This document shows positions 60,859-64,000 of a DNA stretch of 64,000 nt, piece after piece; position 1 is the first letter of the stretch; each line of letters opens with the position of its first letter. Under the pieces are notes generated by a model, which searched no databases, was not told the DNA's origin, and saw only the letters and a program-made list of their open reading frames with translations. The DNA is taken from positions 1,054,001 to 1,118,000 of the forward strand of contig NW_025766978.1 of NCBI RefSeq assembly GCF_003918875.1, written 5' to 3'. A program made the translations under genes and the position numbers. The stretch is from Haliotis rubra (Eukaryota).

Positions 60859-62165
60859 TATTCGTCAGATCGCTATTAGCACCGTTTACTGTATCACCTG
60901 AAGTATTTTGTACATGACCTAAATCTTTGCACATAATTACGCATGCATTATGCAGCTATTGGCAAAAATGGAAATCTTTTTAACCAATCAATATCAATAG
61001 TTTATCATTTGGACTGAACTATCGGTGAACCGTGATGTATGGTTTGAATGCACTGATTTATGGCACTATGTTTGTGCGTTAATCACAAAGTGTGTAGTGG
61101 GCCTGTATGGCCCCATTGTCTAAATGCACTGCAAGAAAACCTGGGTTCAAATCCCAGATTCACCCAATTTTGCTTGGTTTGTCTGCACCAACTCATGCTT
61201 ATGTTTTAGCAAGTCAGTAAATGTCAGAGACCGCTTCAAGATTTCCTTCTTCATATATTTTCACAGGGCATTATAAGTAGTAGCTCTGCTAAGGGCTTTT
61301 TTTATATCACATATCAACACATAGATGTTTAAAGCCTCAGATATTTATGCTTTTGTTGACTCAGGTAGGTATATTTGATGTTAACATGATTAAAAGGCAT
61401 TACAGTGAGATTCTTCTCATCATTCCAAATCATTCGCAGAACTTTTCAGTTTTTAAATGTATACACAGTGTAAATAGTATACCTGTATTATTAGATAACC
61501 CAGAATTGATCTCTGGGATGTTTTTCAGTTGATGTATGTTCTGAAAGTGCATTTTATAGGACCAACATAATGTTTATTACACGAATGCTTGAGACGGGGG
61601 GTGAAGGATTCAGACAGCGACTAACTAAAGTCACAGCACATTTATCCAGATTTCTTGGGGATGGTGACTGATAGTTTCCTTACAAAGTATTCGAGTAGTG
61701 CCCCCTTGAACTGAAATAATTTCAATTTCAATTTATTTGGGACGATCACTAGCACTTAACTAGCTAAATGAATAAATATGATTTTAAAACATATTTAGAT
61801 AAAAGGGTTATTCTTATACTGCGACTAAGCACAATCCATTTGAGGCTTTTATTATTATCAAATGAAATAAATATATATTCACACTTCGACTGGCATTGGT
61901 AATTGAGCCAAGTCCGTCAGCCTCTCCCACCATGATCCTGGGTTTGAATGCCAGTATTACCCTGATTGTGATCTCTGGTTTGTCTGCATCAGCGCAACTG
62001 GTACACAATCATCTGATGACATTCTATAACAGGTCACATCAGAACGACCTTTCATCCGACCTATCAAAGAGTTATGTGTGAAATCTCGAAAGTCTCAGTC
62101 CAAAGATGCTTTCTAAACATGCCACCTTGAAAAGGGTAACTTGATGTATTCGTGACAACAGTTAC

Positions 62166-62306
62166 AGTGAGTGAGTTGGGTTTTACGCTGCTTTTAGCAG
62201 GAGACACCAGAAATGGACTTCACATGTTGTACCCATGTGGGGAATCAAACCCGGACCTTCAGCGTGATGAATGAATGCTTTAACCACTAGGCTACCCCCA
62301 CCATCC
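62166..62306 (-). mobile_element. SINE family B copy
   Basis: Reverse complement of the 59968 family. Confidence 0.85.
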
Positions 62307-62347
62307 CTACAATAGTTAGAAGCTGAAAGGCTGATTCTGAATGATAA

Positions 62348-62563
62348 CAGCATTCGAAATAGCTGCCTGCCCGACCGTCCGGGACGGGTAATTTTCAACA
62401 GGAACTGCCAGATTCTCAAATTCACCTGACCAACAGTCGGGTTAAAATTTAGACGTATATACTTAGTATTTTTTGTGGGCAGGTAAGTTTTGGTCAGGGC
62501 TGGCAAGTTTTACATCTAACCAGCCCTGTGGTCTGGCTGAAATTTTGGGAGTTTCATGCCCTG
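62348..62563. mobile_element. Possible decayed hAT-like MITE
   Basis: CAGCATTCGAAA...TTTCATGCCCTG ends with ATGATA on both flanks; TIR and TSD are imperfect. Confidence 0.35.
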
Positions 62564-62807
62564 ATGATAGACATTATCTGTCTCACGTTACAGTCATCTT
62601 CTTGCAGCAAGCTTGCGCGTTGGCTTGTCCATGCCTACTGTTCTGAAATACATACTGATCAATCAAGGGACAGTTTACAACATCAACATCCTTGTCCTAA
62701 AACCATGGTCACTTATATGACCACCTGTGACAAGGATCCACACTGTGGCAGACCGGACATTTTGTCTGTCCGAGGTTAAATCTCGTTTGTTTATCTGATC
62801 AGTAGTA

Positions 62808-62919
62808 GTCTTCTTGGTGAAGTGCAGGGTTTGATTCCCCACATGGGTACAATGTGAAGCCCATTTCTGGTGTCACCTTCAATATTGCTTAAAACAGCGT
62901 AAAACCTTACTCGCTCACT
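62808..62919 (+). mobile_element. SINE family B, 5'-truncated copy
   Basis: GGGTTTGATTCCCCACATGGGTACAATGTGAAGCCCATTTCTGGTGTC...GCGTAAAAC. Confidence 0.8.
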
Positions 62920-63505
62920 ATTTTTGAAGCCATTTGAAATAACAAAGGCTATCTGGGTAGATATCATGTTTTCATCACAAGAGCCACTCTTAGTTTGGAT
63001 GGCACCTTGATCAGGCTGAGAAAAATCTGCTTGAAATGTCAACTGTGGAAACTAGACTCTAGTATTGATTTTGACTAGTGAACACTTTTGCCTTAAGAAG
63101 ATACATTCAGTGGTCGAAACATTTGTGAAATAACAGAGACTGTCCGTAGCCAGTGAGAGCAACTGACATACAATCTGGAGCAGTTGTCAGATATTCCTGA
63201 ATTTACGTTATTTTCTGTTTTCAATTTTGAATCAAAACTTTATGCAAATATTTTCTAACAAAGCATATTTTGGAAAGGAAGTCTCTGTTTTGAAACTGGT
63301 TTTTATAAACTTGAGAAAGCTGCTTTCTTATATTATGTTATGGTCAGTCAAAGTTTGCAAAACGTTGTTCTAATGTGTCCTGTACTGTGATGTCATCACC
63401 TTCTGTTTAGCGGGAGCAACACCAACATCTACTTTATATAAGACTGTGTCATGATGCTTGCAGCACTGTAGACGACACTGATTTTCTCATTCATTGTTTC
63501 TTCAG

Positions 63506-63931
63506 GACAAATATGTGCGCTCCCTCGCCGAAACAGAAAATGTCCGACAGAGGATGAAAAAACAGGTGGAGGACGCAAAGATATTCGGCATCCAAGCTTT
63601 CTGTAAGGACATGTTGGAGGTGGCCGACATTCTAGGCAAGGCGAACGAGAGTGTCCCGCAACAAGAGATCTCTAACAACCCTCATCTCAAGAATTTGTTC
63701 GATGGACTGACAATGACGGAATCCCAGCTACAGAAGGTGTTCATCAGACACGGGTTGCACAAGATATCTCCATCAGAAGGGGACAAGTTTGACCCCTATC
63801 TTCATGAGGCATTGTTCGAAGTCCCTACAACTGAGAAGGAGGGTGGAACTGTTGCAGTAGTACAGAAAATCGGTTATAAGCTACAAGAAAGGACAATCAG
63901 ACCAGCGCTTGTCGGGGTGTTTAAATCATGA
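63506..63931 (+). CDS. GRPEL1: Mitochondrial GrpE, coding exon 3 (core domain, stop at 63929-63931)
   Basis: TTTCTTCAG acceptor; DKYVRSLAETENVRQR, FCKDMLEVAD, KFDPYLHEALF and GYKLQERTIRPALVGV are GrpE signatures. Spliced CDS is 690 nt (229 aa plus stop). Confidence 0.97.
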   Translation, partial: DKYVRSLAETENVRQRMKKQVEDAKIFGIQAFCKDMLEVADILGKANESVPQQEISNNPHLKNLFDGLTMTESQLQKVFIRHGLHKISPSEGDKFDPYLHEALFEVPTTEKEGGTVAVVQKIGYKLQERTIRPALVGVFKS

Positions 63932-64000
63932 GGTCTTTGTGCTGTAGCTTGAATGTGATATGAGGTGTGAAAGTACAATAATCTTTGTTACATGTTATAC

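Overview
Repeat-rich eukaryotic genomic DNA with spliceosomal introns, SINEs and one N gap (55008-55138). It is probably molluscan; the SINE families look abalone-like, which is a recollection and not verified. The only confident host gene is a 3-exon mitochondrial GrpE (GRPEL-like, 229 aa; 58302-63931, +). The centre holds a ~6 kb, 57-bp satellite and a full-length, very young BEL/Pao LTR retrotransposon (30434-37460). That element has LTRs identical except for one G, an initiator-Met PBS, a PPT and a single gag-pol broken only by 1-nt indels, but no target-site duplication. The rest is about ten minisatellites, two decayed LINEs, three SINE families sharing one 3' tail, a P-element-like MITE (7-bp TSD) and a Mutator-like MITE (9-bp TSD). 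The best hidden signals are: a minimal U3/A8 hammerhead ribozyme in a Penelope-like remnant (5185-5224, -); a pseudoknot-like, non-tRNA head on the commonest SINE family; the missing TSD and splice signals of the BEL element; and promoter and exon-like blocks suggesting an unannotated minus-strand transcript. Nearly all long ORFs in the supplied track are tandem-repeat artefacts.
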